Below, in pieces: positions 21,926 through 46,630 of a DNA stretch of 64,000 nt. The DNA comes from the human T2T-CHM13v2.0 reference genome, Homo sapiens, in NCBI RefSeq assembly GCF_009914755.1, contig NC_060931.1; one strand, 5' to 3'. The position numbers were made by a program, and so were the translations under genes. The notes beneath the pieces were generated by a model that was given only the letters and a program-made list of their open reading frames with translations, made no database searches and was not told the origin of the DNA. How positions within the stretch are numbered: the first letter of the stretch is position 1; each line of letters starts with the position of its first letter.

Positions 21926-22639
21926 TAGATGTGCGTTTTAAGAAGAGCAAACGTGGAAATGTTTGGGGAAAGCATCCAGGCAGATACAAAATTCTTCAGC
22001 TACATCATGGTCAAAAATGGCAGGAAGCATTAAATACTTATGAATAAACTTAATAAAAGAAGTGCAAACGTTAACACTGAAAACAGAAAACATTATTCAA
22101 ATAAGGAAGCTAAATAGATGGAAAGGTCTGCAAGGCTCTTTGACTAGCAGACAACGTTGTTTGTTAAGAGAGCAGCACTCCCCAAAGCGATCCACAGATT
22201 CAGTGCAGTCCCTGTCAGTCCCAGCTGATTTCCTTGCAGACATTGACAAGATGATCCTGAAGAATAGCAAGTCCAGTGTGGCCAAAGCCCAGGAGGGAGG
22301 AGGGGAAGTGGATGGTGATGCAGTCAGGGAGACTGGCAGGGCTTCTGAGTCCTGAAAACCCTGTGGGCCATGACAGGGAGCTATTGCCGACCTCTCCTAG
22401 GTCTGGTAGAAGCCTTAGGAGCTTTTAAGCAGGGCTGGGATGGCTGTGAGCCATATGGCAATGAGCAGGACAGAATGTCGAATAAATAGAATTCAGCTTT
22501 TCAGTGGCAGGAAATGAGAGCATCCTCACTTTCTTTCTGTACATGTTGTGTATTTGTGTCACATTACTGACCCACCTAAACCTTTTCTTAAGTGATACGG
22601 AAGTAACAGTATTTATTATAGAATATTTAGAAGATTGAG

Positions 22640-23232
<593 letters not shown>

Positions 23233-23269
<37 letters not shown>
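23233..23269. repeat. (AC)n microsatellite, ~18 units
   Basis: Perfect AC run 250 bp upstream of exon 2. Confidence 0.95.
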
Positions 23270-23271
<2 letters not shown>

Positions 23272-23536
23272 ATTTAGAAGATTCAAACTGAAAGAGAATA
23301 TGTATTCAGGATCCTGCCACTTTGAGGTAATGGCAGTTAACATTTAGTGTTTCTTCCTTCTAGTCTTTTGAATGAAGTTATGATCCGACATTTCTCAAAT
23401 TCAGTAATGAGTGCCCATCCCACCCAGCTCACCCCCCAACACCTCAAAAGGAAACAAAAGAATCATAGCTTTCCTGTTGGCAAGTCAGTCCTTGAAGCTT
23501 CTGATTCATTTCTTTCAGGTGGAGCTGATCAGAATA

Positions 23537-23695
23537 ATGTTCAGCATCAACCCCCTGGAGAACCTGAAGGTGTACATCAGCAGTCGGCCTCCCCTGGTGG
23601 TCTTCATGATCAGCGTAAGCGCCATGGCCATAGCTTTCCTGACCCTGGGCTACTTCTTCAAAATCAAGGAGATTAAATCCCCAGAAATGGCAGAG
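23537..23695 (+). CDS. TMEM248: TMEM248 exon 2, coding part (exon 23519-23695): MFSINPLENL...SPEMAE, includes TM1
   Basis: Acceptor tctttcag|G at 23518/23519; ATG 23537; donor GAG|gtatag; 53 codons, phase 0; hydrophobic PPLVVFMISVSAMAIAFLTLGYFF. Confidence 0.96.
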
Positions 23696-24155
23696 GTATA
23701 GTATGCTCTGACTTCTCCCGGGCTGGCTGGTCCTTGTGCAGTGGGGCAACACCCTGTGGCTTGCCATATAGCTTTCTTGGGTTTTGGCCTTTCTCTCCTA
23801 GTGAGAAAAATCAGTATTTATTCAGAATTTTCTGTTTTCCATCTCCCCAGGACTCACTTTGTTAGGAAATACCTAGATGGGTATTGTTCGATTTAAATAT
23901 GCTACCAGTTTCAGTTAGACTATTTTAGCAGTGAAACATGCACTTTGGAGAGTACATTTGTAAAATGATCTGTGTCAAAAAGCTGGAGACCTCACCTCTG
24001 TAATATTCCATCTCAAATGGGTTCATTGCTGTTTTAGAAAACTGAACATTTGGTATTTTAAAACCACATATCATCATGGAGTTTTATCAGCTATACTAAT
24101 GGTTTTTTTCATGAGATAAGAAGGAATCCTAAAGAAATTCAAAAACAGGACCTAA

Positions 24156-29730
<5,575 letters not shown>

Positions 29731-30215
29731 TACGTTGGTTTTAGTTTAAGCTTCATCACTTGCCTTTCTTAACTCTGAAACCCTCTGACCTCTGTTTGTT
29801 CATATGTAAAAGGGGAACAGCTGCACTTCTTCAGTCATGTTCATGGGAGAGTAGTAAATTTTAAGTGAAATAATACATATAAAAGATGTTTGAAAATGGC
29901 TAGACAGCTGTGCAGAAATGCTGGGGATAATTCACCCAGCCCGAGCTTTTCATCTCTGATCTGCCCGAGGTCTGGTTTGGCATCTCCAGGCCATGTACTG
30001 GAAAGTGGCCACTTCCTTCGCTGCTTCGTGGCTCTGAGTTGAGTAGGACTCATGGTCAGGGTCAGGACTGCTCTTCTTCCTCAGATCCCACAAAGGCAGG
30101 TGCCTGGGCTGATAGATGATTCCTGTGTGGGTTTGATTTCAGGATTTATTTGTATCCCAGAGAATGACAAGTACGTGGTTCTTGACTTTATAAAAAAATG
30201 ATTTCTCTTTCATAG

Positions 30216-30366
30216 GCAGGGAAGCCCACGAGGAGATAAACATCACCTTCACCCTGCCTACAGCGTGGAGCTCAGATGACTGCGCCCTCCACGGTCACTG
30301 TGAGCAGGTGGTATTCACAGCCTGCATGACCCTCACGGCCAGCCCTGGGGTGTTCCCCGTCACTGT
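30216..30366 (+). CDS. TMEM248: TMEM248 exon 4 (G/REAHEEINITF...GVFPVT/V)
   Basis: Acceptor ctttcatag|; donor GT|gtaagt; 151 nt, phase 1 to 2; open in the joined frame; Cys-containing luminal segment. Confidence 0.95.
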
Positions 30367-30501
30367 GTAAGTGTACCCGGCACCTGATGAACGTGCGTAA
30401 CAAGCTCCACTTGCCGTGAGTACGGCTGGGCTGCTTCAGCTGTAAATTCTCAGGATGGCTCACTTCACATTTCTTTATAGAATTATCTCTACTCGGACCT
30501 A

Positions 30502-30543
30502 TCTAAAGGATTATTTAATTTGTCTAAAGGATTATTTAATTTG
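30502..30543. repeat. Perfect 2 x 21 bp tandem duplication (tctaaaggattatttaatttg)
   Basis: Copies at 30502-30522 and 30523-30543. Confidence 0.95.
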
Positions 30544-30686
30544 GAATTCTAAAGATAGAACTTCTGCATATAAAATCAGAAAGTTAGTGCCCCCTCGAGG
30601 CAGTAAAAGCACCTGGCTGTTGTTGGACATTCATAGGCTGTCTTTCCCGCAGGAGTAGAAGCAGCAAGTTACAGAAAAGAGGCTCA

Positions 30687-31049
<363 letters not shown>

Positions 31050-31742
31050 TCAGAGGCTAAAGCAGGGAGGCAGAGGTTGCAGTGAGCTGAGATCGCGCCA
31101 CTGCACTTCAGCCTGGGCAACAGCAAGACTCTGTCTCAAAAAAATAAATAAATCAAATAAAACAAAGATAAAGGTTTTGTTCATCTCCATTATCCAGAAA
31201 GATATTTTAAAATCGTTGATTTTAGTTTATCTTGATTTTAGTTTTAAATCAAGTATAAATCAAAACTTATTTTCTGTTAAACAATTAACTAATTTTAAAA
31301 TCTAACATTTTAAATCATTTCCCATTAAACAGTTACTTTAATTTTACCTGCGAATTTGAAAATTAGTTTTAAAATCAAATATAAATTGAACTTTATTTTC
31401 CATTAAACAATTAAGGTTTTTGAAGCTTTTCCTTCAGTGTTTTTGAGCAGCATTCAGTGTTACTGCTTTGCATTTTAGGTTTTTTTTGTTGTTGGTTTTT
31501 TTTGGTCTCTCCTGTCTCTATAAAGGAGATAATTATCTATAAATAAATAGGTGAAATACATAAGATATAGCCTATTTAAAATAATTCTATGGTGAATCCT
31601 TTTTAAATAAGAATTATCTCAGGATTTGTCTATTTTAGACATTTGGAGGTTTGTAGGACAAGATCAGATTAAGTTAAACATTACTTTGTGTTGCAGTGAC
31701 TGATATAGAATTTTGTAGGTAAAGCTTCCAGTTGTAACTAAG

Positions 31743-32283
31743 TGATATGCTTTGGGCTGGGCGCAATGGCTCACACCTGTAATCCCAGCTACTTGAGAGG
31801 CTGAGGCAGGAGAATCAGTTCAACATGGGAGGTGGAGGTTTCAGTGAGCCGAGGTCACACTGGCCTGGGCAACAGAGCAAGACTCCGTCTCAAAAAAAAA
31901 AAAAAAGATGATATAGTTTGGCTGTCTCCCCACCCAAATCTCGTTTTGAATTGTAGTTCCCATAATCCTCATGTGTCATGGGAGGGACCCAGTGGGAGGT
32001 AATTGAATCCTGGAGATTGTTACCCCCATGCTGCTGTTCTCATAGTAAGAGAGTTCCCATGAGATATGATGGTTTTATAAGGGGTTTTCCACCTTTTATT
32101 TGGCACTTCTCTTTGCTGCCGCCATGTGAAGAAGGATGTGTTTGCTTCCACTTCCGCCATGCTTGTAAGTTTCCTGAGGCTTCCCTGACCATGCTGAACT
32201 GTGAGTCAATTAAGCCTGTTTCCTTTATAAATAACCCAGTCCCGGGTATGTCTTTATCAGCAGCATGAGAAAGGACTAATATA
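31743..32283 (+). mobile_element. THE1 (MaLR) solo LTR with a truncated Alu (31756-31907) near its 5' end
   Basis: tgatatagtttggctgtctccccacccaaatctc...ggactaatata; 5-bp TSD CTAAG (31738-31742 / 32284-32288). Confidence 0.9.
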
Positions 32284-32627
32284 CTAAGAGTTTAGCTCAT
32301 TTGAGAAGATAGGCTTAAAAGGAGCTTATGTGCTTTGCATCACATGTGAGAGGACTGTAGGCTGAATTCTGAAGGCAAAAATCCAACACCCAAACTCCTA
32401 AATGTCAGGCACCTATTTATTTTTCTGTTATATTTTTATTTTTTAAAAAAGACCCTCAAACTAAAATATAATGGTATTTATCTCAAAGAAGCATGAACGT
32501 GTAAGTTACATTTTTCCTTTCCATGTGTGTTGCCGTGTTCAGTGTTTTACCAGCTGCTGTGGGGGTGACACAAGTGAATGACTCAGGCCACTGAGCACGT
32601 GTCTTTCCTCCTCCTCTTCTCCTGCAG

Positions 32628-32811
32628 ACAGCCACCGCACTGTGTTCCTGACACGTACAGCAACGCCACGCTCTGGTACAAGATCTTCACAACTGCCAGA
32701 GATGCCAACACAAAATACGCCCAAGATTACAATCCTTTCTGGTGTTATAAGGGGGCCATTGGAAAAGTCTATCATGCTTTAAATCCCAAGCTTACAGTGA
32801 TTGTTCCAGAT
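32628..32811 (+). CDS. TMEM248: TMEM248 exon 5 (V/QPPHCVPDTY...LTVIVPD)
   Basis: Acceptor ctcctgcag|; donor GAT|gtaagt; 184 nt, phase 2 to 0. Confidence 0.96.
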
Positions 32812-34901
32812 GTAAGTGAGAAAAATTGTGTGTGTGTGTGTGCGTGCATGCATATGCACATGTGTGCGCATGTGCTGCAACCGTTGGTGTAGGCCCTGCT
32901 GACTTCCCTGGGTAAGCGTATCCTCTGCCACTTTAGATTTCCAGGTGAGTTAGGACACTAGGCGGAGTGGTGGATGCTTGGAAAAACATGTTACCCATTG
33001 GTTAAGAAAAATCTGGTTTTTCTCTTCATTTTCTCTGTTGTTCAGCAGCAGTTATTTCTTGAGCAACTGCCTAATCCCTGGGGGGGGTTACAAGGGATCC
33101 TTCTATTAATATTATCTTAGAGGGATGTTCACAGACGTTCATAGAAGACTATCTAGTTAGTGTCCGTGTGAACAAGAAATAGTGCTGCTTAGAGTTCTGA
33201 AAGATAGAAGGGAGTAGTAGGAGGAGATGAATCTTCGGCTAGAGAGTGAGGCCTGAATAGGATTTAACTTAACCAAGAGGCAAGGGGAACAAAATACTTA
33301 CCTATCTCATCTAGTAGCTGTGTGCTGCTAGCTCAGCTTCCTACTTAGACTTGAGCCCACTTACTTTTTTAGAGACAGGATCTTGCTCTGTCGCCCAGAT
33401 TGGGGTCTAGTGGCGCAATCATAGCTCACTGCAGCTTCAGCCTCCTGGGCTCAAGCTTCCCAAGTGGCTGGGACTACAGGTGCATGTCACCATGCCGGGA
33501 TAATTTTTAAACTTTTTGTAGAGACGGGGGTCTTGCTGTGTTGCCCAGGCTGGTCTTGAACCCCTGGTCTCAAGCGATCCTCCTGCCTTGGCCTCCAAAG
33601 TTTCTGGGATGACAGGTATGAGCCGCTGCACCTGGCCCAAGCCCACTTTTTAACACTGCTTTGATATTTTATAAATATGTTCCTTTCTGGCAGTGTGTGT
33701 TAGCTGGATCTCTCTTCTTTTGGCCTGGCCCTTTGCCCTTTTCTTTTTTTCTTTATTTTAATTTTTTTTTATTTTTATTTTTTGAGATTGAGTCTTTCTC
33801 TGTCACCCAGGCTGGAGTGCAGTGGCACAATCTCGGTTCGTTGCAACCTCTGCCTCCTGGATTGAAGTGATTCTAAGTAGCTGGGATTACAGGCACCTGC
33901 CAACACGCCCAGCTAATTTTTGTATTTTTGGTAGAGATAAGGTTTCGACATGTTGGCCAGGTTGGTGTTGAACTGCTGACTTCAGGTGATCCTCCCACCT
34001 CAGCCTCCCAAAGTGCTGGGATTATAGGCATGAGCCACTATGCCCGACCTTTGCCCTTTTCTGGGGCTCATTTGTAGGCCAGGGTCCTGCAGGAGCCAGC
34101 TATGGAGGTCAGGCTGGATGGTGGGCTGAGGCCCTTAGTGCCTGGCCAAGGGCAGTCCCTGCCTGTGTTTGGGGCGTGGGTGTTGGTAAAGCAGTGTGTT
34201 GAGAAGACTGAGCTGCCCCGCTATGTTATAAATGACCTGGGGGAGCCCAGAGCTGTCCTGAGGCCTGGAGATACTAGAGGGTAAAGGAATGGAACCATGT
34301 CTGGGGTCCCTTTAGTAACTTGCAGGGTCTGGGAATTGACTGCATGTGGGAGGTCAAAGGGTAGTGAATCACGGATGATCTCAGCATTTTCATCCAAGGA
34401 CTTAGGGAAATAGAGAAAAGCAGGAGGAAGGGCGTGACCCCTGGGGAGGGGTGAGGTGCCGAGGCCTTCCTGGTGGGGGCATAGTCAGGAGTTAGGAATG
34501 CAGCCTCGGCTGTCAGCCATGCAACCTGAGGGCAGTCTTGTGACGAGGATGTGTCCAGAAAGGAGTGGGGCTTAAAGATGGAGTGTCTGCAGCATTTGCA
34601 GGGGAGGAAGCCTGCTGGAGGGGCAGGGTTCAGGCAGTGTGGGGGTGCAGAAGGCAGGGCAGAGGACAGCGCTAGGAAGGCGTGGTGCTCTCCAACAGAG
34701 GCTCGGGAGCACCATGTCTTCACTTAATGAGACCCAGCTTTGGTCATTTAGGAGGCAAAAGGAGAAACCTCCTCTTGCAGCTTAAGAAGAAAAGTTGTGG
34801 CAAGTCTGGAGGCTGTCAATCCTGTCTCTCAAAACCCAGCATTAAAACCTTTCAGTCACTCAGAGCAGATGTTTCTGATTTTTTTTCTCTTCTTTATTTA
34901 G

Positions 34902-35045
34902 GATGACCGTTCATTAATAAATTTGCATCTCATGCACACCAGTTACTTCCTCTTTGTGATGGTGATAACAATGTTTTGCTATGCTGTTATCAAGGGCAGA
35001 CCTAGCAAATTGCGTCAGAGCAATCCTGAATTTTGTCCCGAGAAG
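34902..35045 (+). CDS. TMEM248: TMEM248 exon 6 (DDRSLINLHL...EFCPEK), includes TM2
   Basis: Acceptor tttatttag|; donor AAG|gtgagc; 144 nt, phase 0-0; hydrophobic YFLFVMVITMFCYAVI. Confidence 0.96.
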
Positions 35046-35159
35046 GTGAGCGGTGGATGGGGTCCGGGCCAGCATTTTACTAGAGGTCTCTGTATACAGA
35101 AAGTCCCAGTTATCCTTATTCTATTTATTGTGGGTGGCACCTTTCGTCTAAAGAAATGA

Positions 35160-36440
<1,281 letters not shown>

Positions 36441-36784
36441 GTTTCTGTCTTCATTAGAAGTGTCTTTACTCTCAACCTAAATTATGTTGTTGGATTTTTA
36501 ATCATATACCCAAGCCTCTGTTGCTATTAAAGGGAGTGACTTGGCAGTTGTTCTCAAGTCTCCACTGGAGCACTACTGACTCTGGGTAGCTGCCTCCTCT
36601 GTAGTTCCATCAGCATAAGAAGTCTTCTAACAGAATGCTTATCAAGGTTTAAAGACAGTTACCTCAGCTAGGTGGACCTGTAATCCCAGGACTTTTAGGA
36701 GGCTGAGGCAGAAGGATCACTTGAGCCCACGAGTTCAAGACCAGCCTGGGCAACATAGTGAGAACCCTTCTCTACTAACAGTTA

Positions 36785-36955
<171 letters not shown>

Positions 36956-37177
36956 TTAATTCTGTCTCCGCACAGTGGTTCCAGATGGGCCGCGTCTTGC
37001 AGGAGACTTTGAGATTTCTAGTAATTTCTTCCTAGGTGAGATTTTCTTTTTAGGGATTTAGTAACTTCACTGTCTGGTTGATATGTGCAATTAGTGTGGC
37101 ATCCTGGTCTTTGGGTAGGGGCTGAGTTACCTAGGCTTCCCTTTTTTGACTGGTTTCCCTGGCTTGCTGTCTTCCAG

Positions 37178-37198
37178 GTGGCTTTGGCTGAAGCCTAA
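37178..37198 (+). CDS. TMEM248: TMEM248 last exon, coding part (VALAEA*)
   Basis: Acceptor cttccag|GTG; TAA at 37196-37198; spliced CDS 159+286+151+184+144+21 = 945 nt = 314 aa + stop. Confidence 0.92.
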   Translation: MALAEA

Positions 37199-37803
37199 TT
37201 CCACAGCTCCTTGTTTTTTGAGAGAGACTGAGAGAACCATAATCCTTGCCTGCTGAACCCAGCCTGGGCCTGGATGCTCTGTGAATACATTATCTTGCGA
37301 TGTTGGGTTATTCCAGCCAAAGACATTTCAAGTGCCTGTAACTGATTTGTACATATTTATAAAAATCTATTCAGAAATTGGTCCAATAATGCACGTGCTT
37401 TGCCCTGGGTACAGCCAGAGCCCTTCAACCCCACCTTGGACTTGAGGACCTACCTGATGGGACGTTTCCACGTGTCTCTAGAGAAGGATTCCTGGATCTA
37501 GCTGGTCACGACGATGTTTTCACCAAGGTCACAGGAGCATTGCGTCGCTGATGGGGTTGAAGTTTGGTTTGGTTCTTGTTTCAGCCCAATATGTAGAGAA
37601 CATTTGAAACAGTCTGCACCTTTGATACGGTATTGCATTTCCAAAGCCACCAATCCATTTTGTGGATTTTATGTGTCTGTGGCTTAATAATCATAGTAAC
37701 AACAATAATACCTTTTTCTCCATTTTGCTTGCAGGAAACATACCTTAAGTTTTTTTTGTTTTGTTTTTGTTTTTTTGTTTTTTGTTTTCCTTTATGAAGA
37801 AAA

Positions 37804-37809
37804 AATAAA
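37804..37809 (+). terminator. Proximal polyadenylation signal AATAAA
   Basis: AATAAA preceded by a U-rich (TTTTG)n tract at ~37750-37790. Confidence 0.65.
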
Positions 37810-38384
37810 ATAGTCACATTTTAATACTACTCTAGTTAGGACAGACTTGTGCTTTTATCCTGACTAAAAAGTTAAATATTTAAGTCACATACATGGTAAA
37901 GATCTAAGTTTCATTTTCCACATGGATGACCAGGAACCTGGTCTTGTTGGAGCTGGCATAGGAGGTTCTACTGTCTTGTCGTCCACTCTTGTCCCTCCCT
38001 TCTGTTATCAAAGTTAAAGCGCCTCTTCACTCAAAAGGGCTTCAAAATGTAAATGGCTCTAGAGTTAGAGTGACTGTTTGCTCTTCTGCTTTCTGGAATG
38101 CAGATGACAGTATGGAAAGAAAGAATAATGATTCTATCTAATAGGAAAGGATTTCTTCTTTCTTTTTTAAAGAGTGGGTGGATTTTCTCCCTTTTGTTTT
38201 GCTTTTATTTTCATGCTACTAACATATCTTCAGAAGGAAATGGCAACTAGTAGATCAGTAAAATTACGAAAACGATGCCTGCAAAATTTGAAGGAATGCA
38301 ATTCTGATTTGCCATTTATCAGGGAAAACTGAAAGCATTTTTCTTATAACTTTTTTTCTTTTTCTTTTTTTTTGGAGGGGGGAG

Positions 38385-38650
38385 GCAGGGTCTTGCTCTG
38401 TCCCTCAGGCTGGAGCTTAGCTCAGTGCAGCCTCCAACTCCTGGGCTCAAGCAATCCTCCCACTTTAGCCTCCTGAGTAGCTGGGACTACAGGCGTGTGC
38501 CAGCGCGCCTGGCTAATTTTAAAATTTTTTTGTAGAGACAGAGTCTCCCTCTGTTGCCCAGGCTGGTCTGGAACTCCTAGCTTCAAATGATCCTCTCACC
38601 TCGGCCTCCCAAAATCCTGGGATTCCAGGCGTCAGCCACTGCTCTCGGCC
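38385..38650 (-). mobile_element. Antisense AluJ-like element in the long 3'UTR
   Basis: Reverse Alu with AluJ-type ctgggctcaagcaatcctcc. Confidence 0.88.
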
Positions 38651-39284
38651 CTCTTACACCATTTTGTTTGATTGTCTAGTCCCTGTTTCTTTTTCTTTCT
38701 AATCCTTATTCATTTAAGCAAAACCATACATTATCTTTTCCAGTCCTTTCTTGTATTCTTACTGTTTTTTTAAAATAACTTTTTGCCTTAATAGCTCATT
38801 GTCACTAATAACTTCTGTGTTCTCCCAGGCAGTGTTATAACAGAAGGGCAATGAAAACATTGGACATGACCATGAGTGCTTCCTTTCCTTAACTCTAGGT
38901 TTGTAGTCTGTTTTAAATTAGGATTAGTTCCTGCATTCTGAAATACATTGGCCTAGAACATTTTATCCCAGGCATTTTTGAATAGAAAACAGTTGCGTGC
39001 TTTTATTGAAGATTGTTAAAATAATCACCATAGTAACTTGATATGTTAGTATTTTTCTTTTTCCTTTTAGTATGTTTCAAGTGCAGTAATCGTACTTGTC
39101 TATCCAGTTTCTATGTATGATACGAGTTGCTTACACGATGCATGGCTAACTTGTTAATTTAGTTTTCTCCTTAGAGACTTTGAGACCCTTAAGAGACAAG
39201 ATTGAGAAAGAGCCATGTGGCTTGGCTCTAGAAACGTCATTATCATTAGGACCATCAGATTTTAGATTAAGCTGCTATTGAATT

Positions 39285-39290
39285 AATAAA
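39285..39290 (+). terminator. Possible intermediate polyadenylation signal AATAAA
   Basis: Hexamer present; downstream element weak. Confidence 0.35.
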
Positions 39291-40208
39291 ATCCCAATGA
39301 AGCAGAGTTATAGGGATAGATTTATAGCTGGCAGAGTGGTATCAAAGGAGAAAAACAGTGAAAAAGCCAATTTCACTGGTTCGTTCAATCCAGCTTGTTG
39401 CTAATATTAGTTACCCTTGTTTTAATGACAGAGAGTGGCTGGAATCTGTAGCTAGGGGAGGGGCAACACTGTTAGATGTGAGGAAAGGAAGTGCCAAAAA
39501 TGCCTGGACAGATGGCTTGTCCCAAGGCCAGGACACACACTTTAAAATCCAACATTCACCTAAGCAAGTAATTCTTAAAGATCTTACAGAAACGCAGAGT
39601 CAATCAGGTTTATAAAGGAAGGCTGAGGGGAGAGAGGAGGCCTGGGGGCCTGGACGAAGAGGCCTAGGACCTGAAGAGACTCCAGCGAGTCTCGGGAAGC
39701 CCAGGGGACCTGTCACCATCTGGGCACTTCCCAGGCTCAATGCTCAGCCAGAGTTTGCTGGTGGACCTCAGGATTCGAAGTGTGCAACAGACGGAGTGCG
39801 CTTGCTGTTCAGGGCGGCCCCGTGCAGGAGCACCAGCTCACCCTCAGGCATCTCGGACTGGAGGGCCAGCAGAAGGTCAGCAACTTACTCTTAAAACGAT
39901 TGTTTCGGATCATATTGATCTCTTTCCTTTTTCCTTTTGTCCTTTCACTGTATGACTTGAATCAGTTTTGATTCTATTTGTAAGTGTTTCTTGTCGTGAG
40001 GCACCTGCCATGTCTGTTGCGTTTTCCTCGGCAGCGTGTAGGGCTTCAGCTTCCTGGGTTTTCACCCTTCCTGCAGGCACTGTGGGGTCCTGAGGGCCAG
40101 TGGGTCCATTTCACCTCTTGCTGCATGATGGTCAGTAGCTGATCTGTTATGGCATTCACTTCCAGATTAATTTTCCGTGTTTGAAGTATGTGCATATGTG
40201 CTTTACAG

Positions 40209-40214
40209 AATAAA
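40209..40214 (+). terminator. Distal polyadenylation signal AATAAA
   Basis: Hexamer followed by U-rich sequence (tttatttgctccgcgtcttcttcc) and gtgtttt. Confidence 0.7.
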
Positions 40215-41213
40215 ACATCTGAATTTATTTGCTCCGCGTCTTCTTCCTCCAGCCGGATGGGTGTTTTCTAAGGGAAGAACGTGTGCGATCAGCAGCTGAG
40301 GGTTTTTTGCAAGCTGCTGCTTTGAAATGTCACTTCTCATTTGGACGAGGGGTGGTCATTATTCTGCTGAAGGCAGCCTCACCCAGCACATGCATCTTCC
40401 CCCTGAGGGTACAAAACCTCCTGTAGCTTGCTAGACCAACAAGTGCTTGCAGGCCTGACCCTAATCCTGCCCAAGGAAGTAAATAATAAATACCAGCAGG
40501 GAGCACTGAATAGACATAGGAGTTCCAAGACACCCCTCTCGGTGACATAAACCCTCAGCATGCACTAAGCCTGTATGCCCAGCCGCAGGTGCCCAGCCCG
40601 CTCTGCGGTCTCCTGTTGCAGAGCTCTGGCCCGCTCTAGACCTCCTTTGCCAAGACAGTGCATCCTCTGCAGTTTCCATAGCTAAAGGGAGATCGTATTC
40701 ACTAATGTGAATCCTTCCCCTTTCCAGCAGCCAGAGGCTCTGTGTCCCTTCCCTTCCCTCCCCAGCAGGTGCTGGGGTCGCAAGGTCAGTCTCATGGTTG
40801 AGGAAGGTGCTACTCAATGAGCTCTTTGTTCCTTCTGCCTCCACCTCTCCCTGCCTCCTGCCTGGAACAGGCAAACTCTGCGTGGAGCGCAGTGTTATTT
40901 CCTGCTCTCTCCTTGGACTCAAGTATTTGTGTAGGTGGTGATTCCCCTCCATCCCAGTACAGAATACGCCTTGGAGGAGAAGAACTCATGTCTCTCTGCT
41001 GTCTTAGCCTGGTAAAACCTGATACGTGCCAGGTTCTCAAGTCAGGTCAGAGGTTTTGCTTTAAAATCATTTCATTTTCCCGGTGGGCCCCCTGTGCTTC
41101 CAGTTCCCTCACACTCACGGATCTGTAAGGATTCCCCCAAAAGTGGAATGAACGCACAGACTATAGCACTCCGGAGTCTACTCAAGGTCATTGTGAACTT
41201 AGTTGCTGTCTCA

Positions 41214-45985
<4,772 letters not shown>

Positions 45986-46375
45986 AGCTGGGGCTGGTTG
46001 AGATTCTAAAGAAAGAAACACTAACTGCCAGGGTGATCAGGCCAGAACATTTATTAGGGGAATTTACTTAGGAGGGCTGCAGTGATCCTCACAACAGTGA
46101 GAGAAAAGGGAGGTTCTACCTAGGTATGTCTTCAGTGAGGGGCTCAGGGACAGGAATTTTTATGAGAGTATGAGAAATTTGGCTCAGGACCAGTTTTTTT
46201 TTTTTTTTCCAGTGTTTCGAGCAACAATCTAGATGCCTTTATCAGTGTCTGAGAATGTTCAAGGGAACATTCTGCTGGGAAGATCCTGCAGCTGCCTGGG
46301 TCACAGCATGGTGAAGGCATGCTGATGTTTAGTCAGGATGCAGGCTCCTTTAAAAAAAAAAATTCTAAAAAAGAT

Positions 46376-46630
46376 ATCCCTTAGCAAACTAAACGCAGGA
46401 ACAGGAAACCAAATACCGCATGTTCTTGATTATAAGTGGGAGCTAAATGATGAGAACACATGGACACATAGAGGGAAACAACACGCACTGGGGCCTATTA
46501 GAGGGCGGAGAGTGGAAGGAGGGAGAGGATCAGGAGAAACAACTAATGGGTACTAGGCTTAATACCTGGGTGATGAAATAACCCCCATGACACAAGTGTA
46601 CCTACGTAACAAACCTGAACCTGTACCCTT
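46376..46630 (+). mobile_element. 5'-truncated L1PA 3' end
   Basis: cttagcaaacta..caggaacaggaaaccaaataccgcatgttc..ataagtgggagctaaatgatgagaacacatggacac. Confidence 0.9.

Larger units (their letters stand above)
37199..40230 (+). other. TMEM248: TMEM248 3'UTR (long form); end approximate
   Basis: Mostly unique sequence after the stop codon, ending after AATAAA at 40209-40214 with downstream U/GU-rich sequence. Confidence 0.75.

Noticed and set aside
23347-23767. Alternative-frame and antisense ORFs over exon 2; also the antisense ORF 26527-26907 over exon 3
   Set aside because: Shadows of the real coding exons that start in intronic sequence, with no independent splice or promoter support.
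37750-37810. U-rich tract followed by an A-rich tract as a possible ENE/triple-helix element
   Set aside because: No flanking GC stems or second U-rich strand as in MALAT1/NEAT1; better explained as an upstream element plus PAS.
40461-40952. 163-aa minus-strand ORF just past the TMEM248 3' end
   Set aside because: No recognisable homology, promoter or exon structure; length compatible with chance in GC-richer DNA. Not strictly excluded without PhyloCSF or Ribo-seq.
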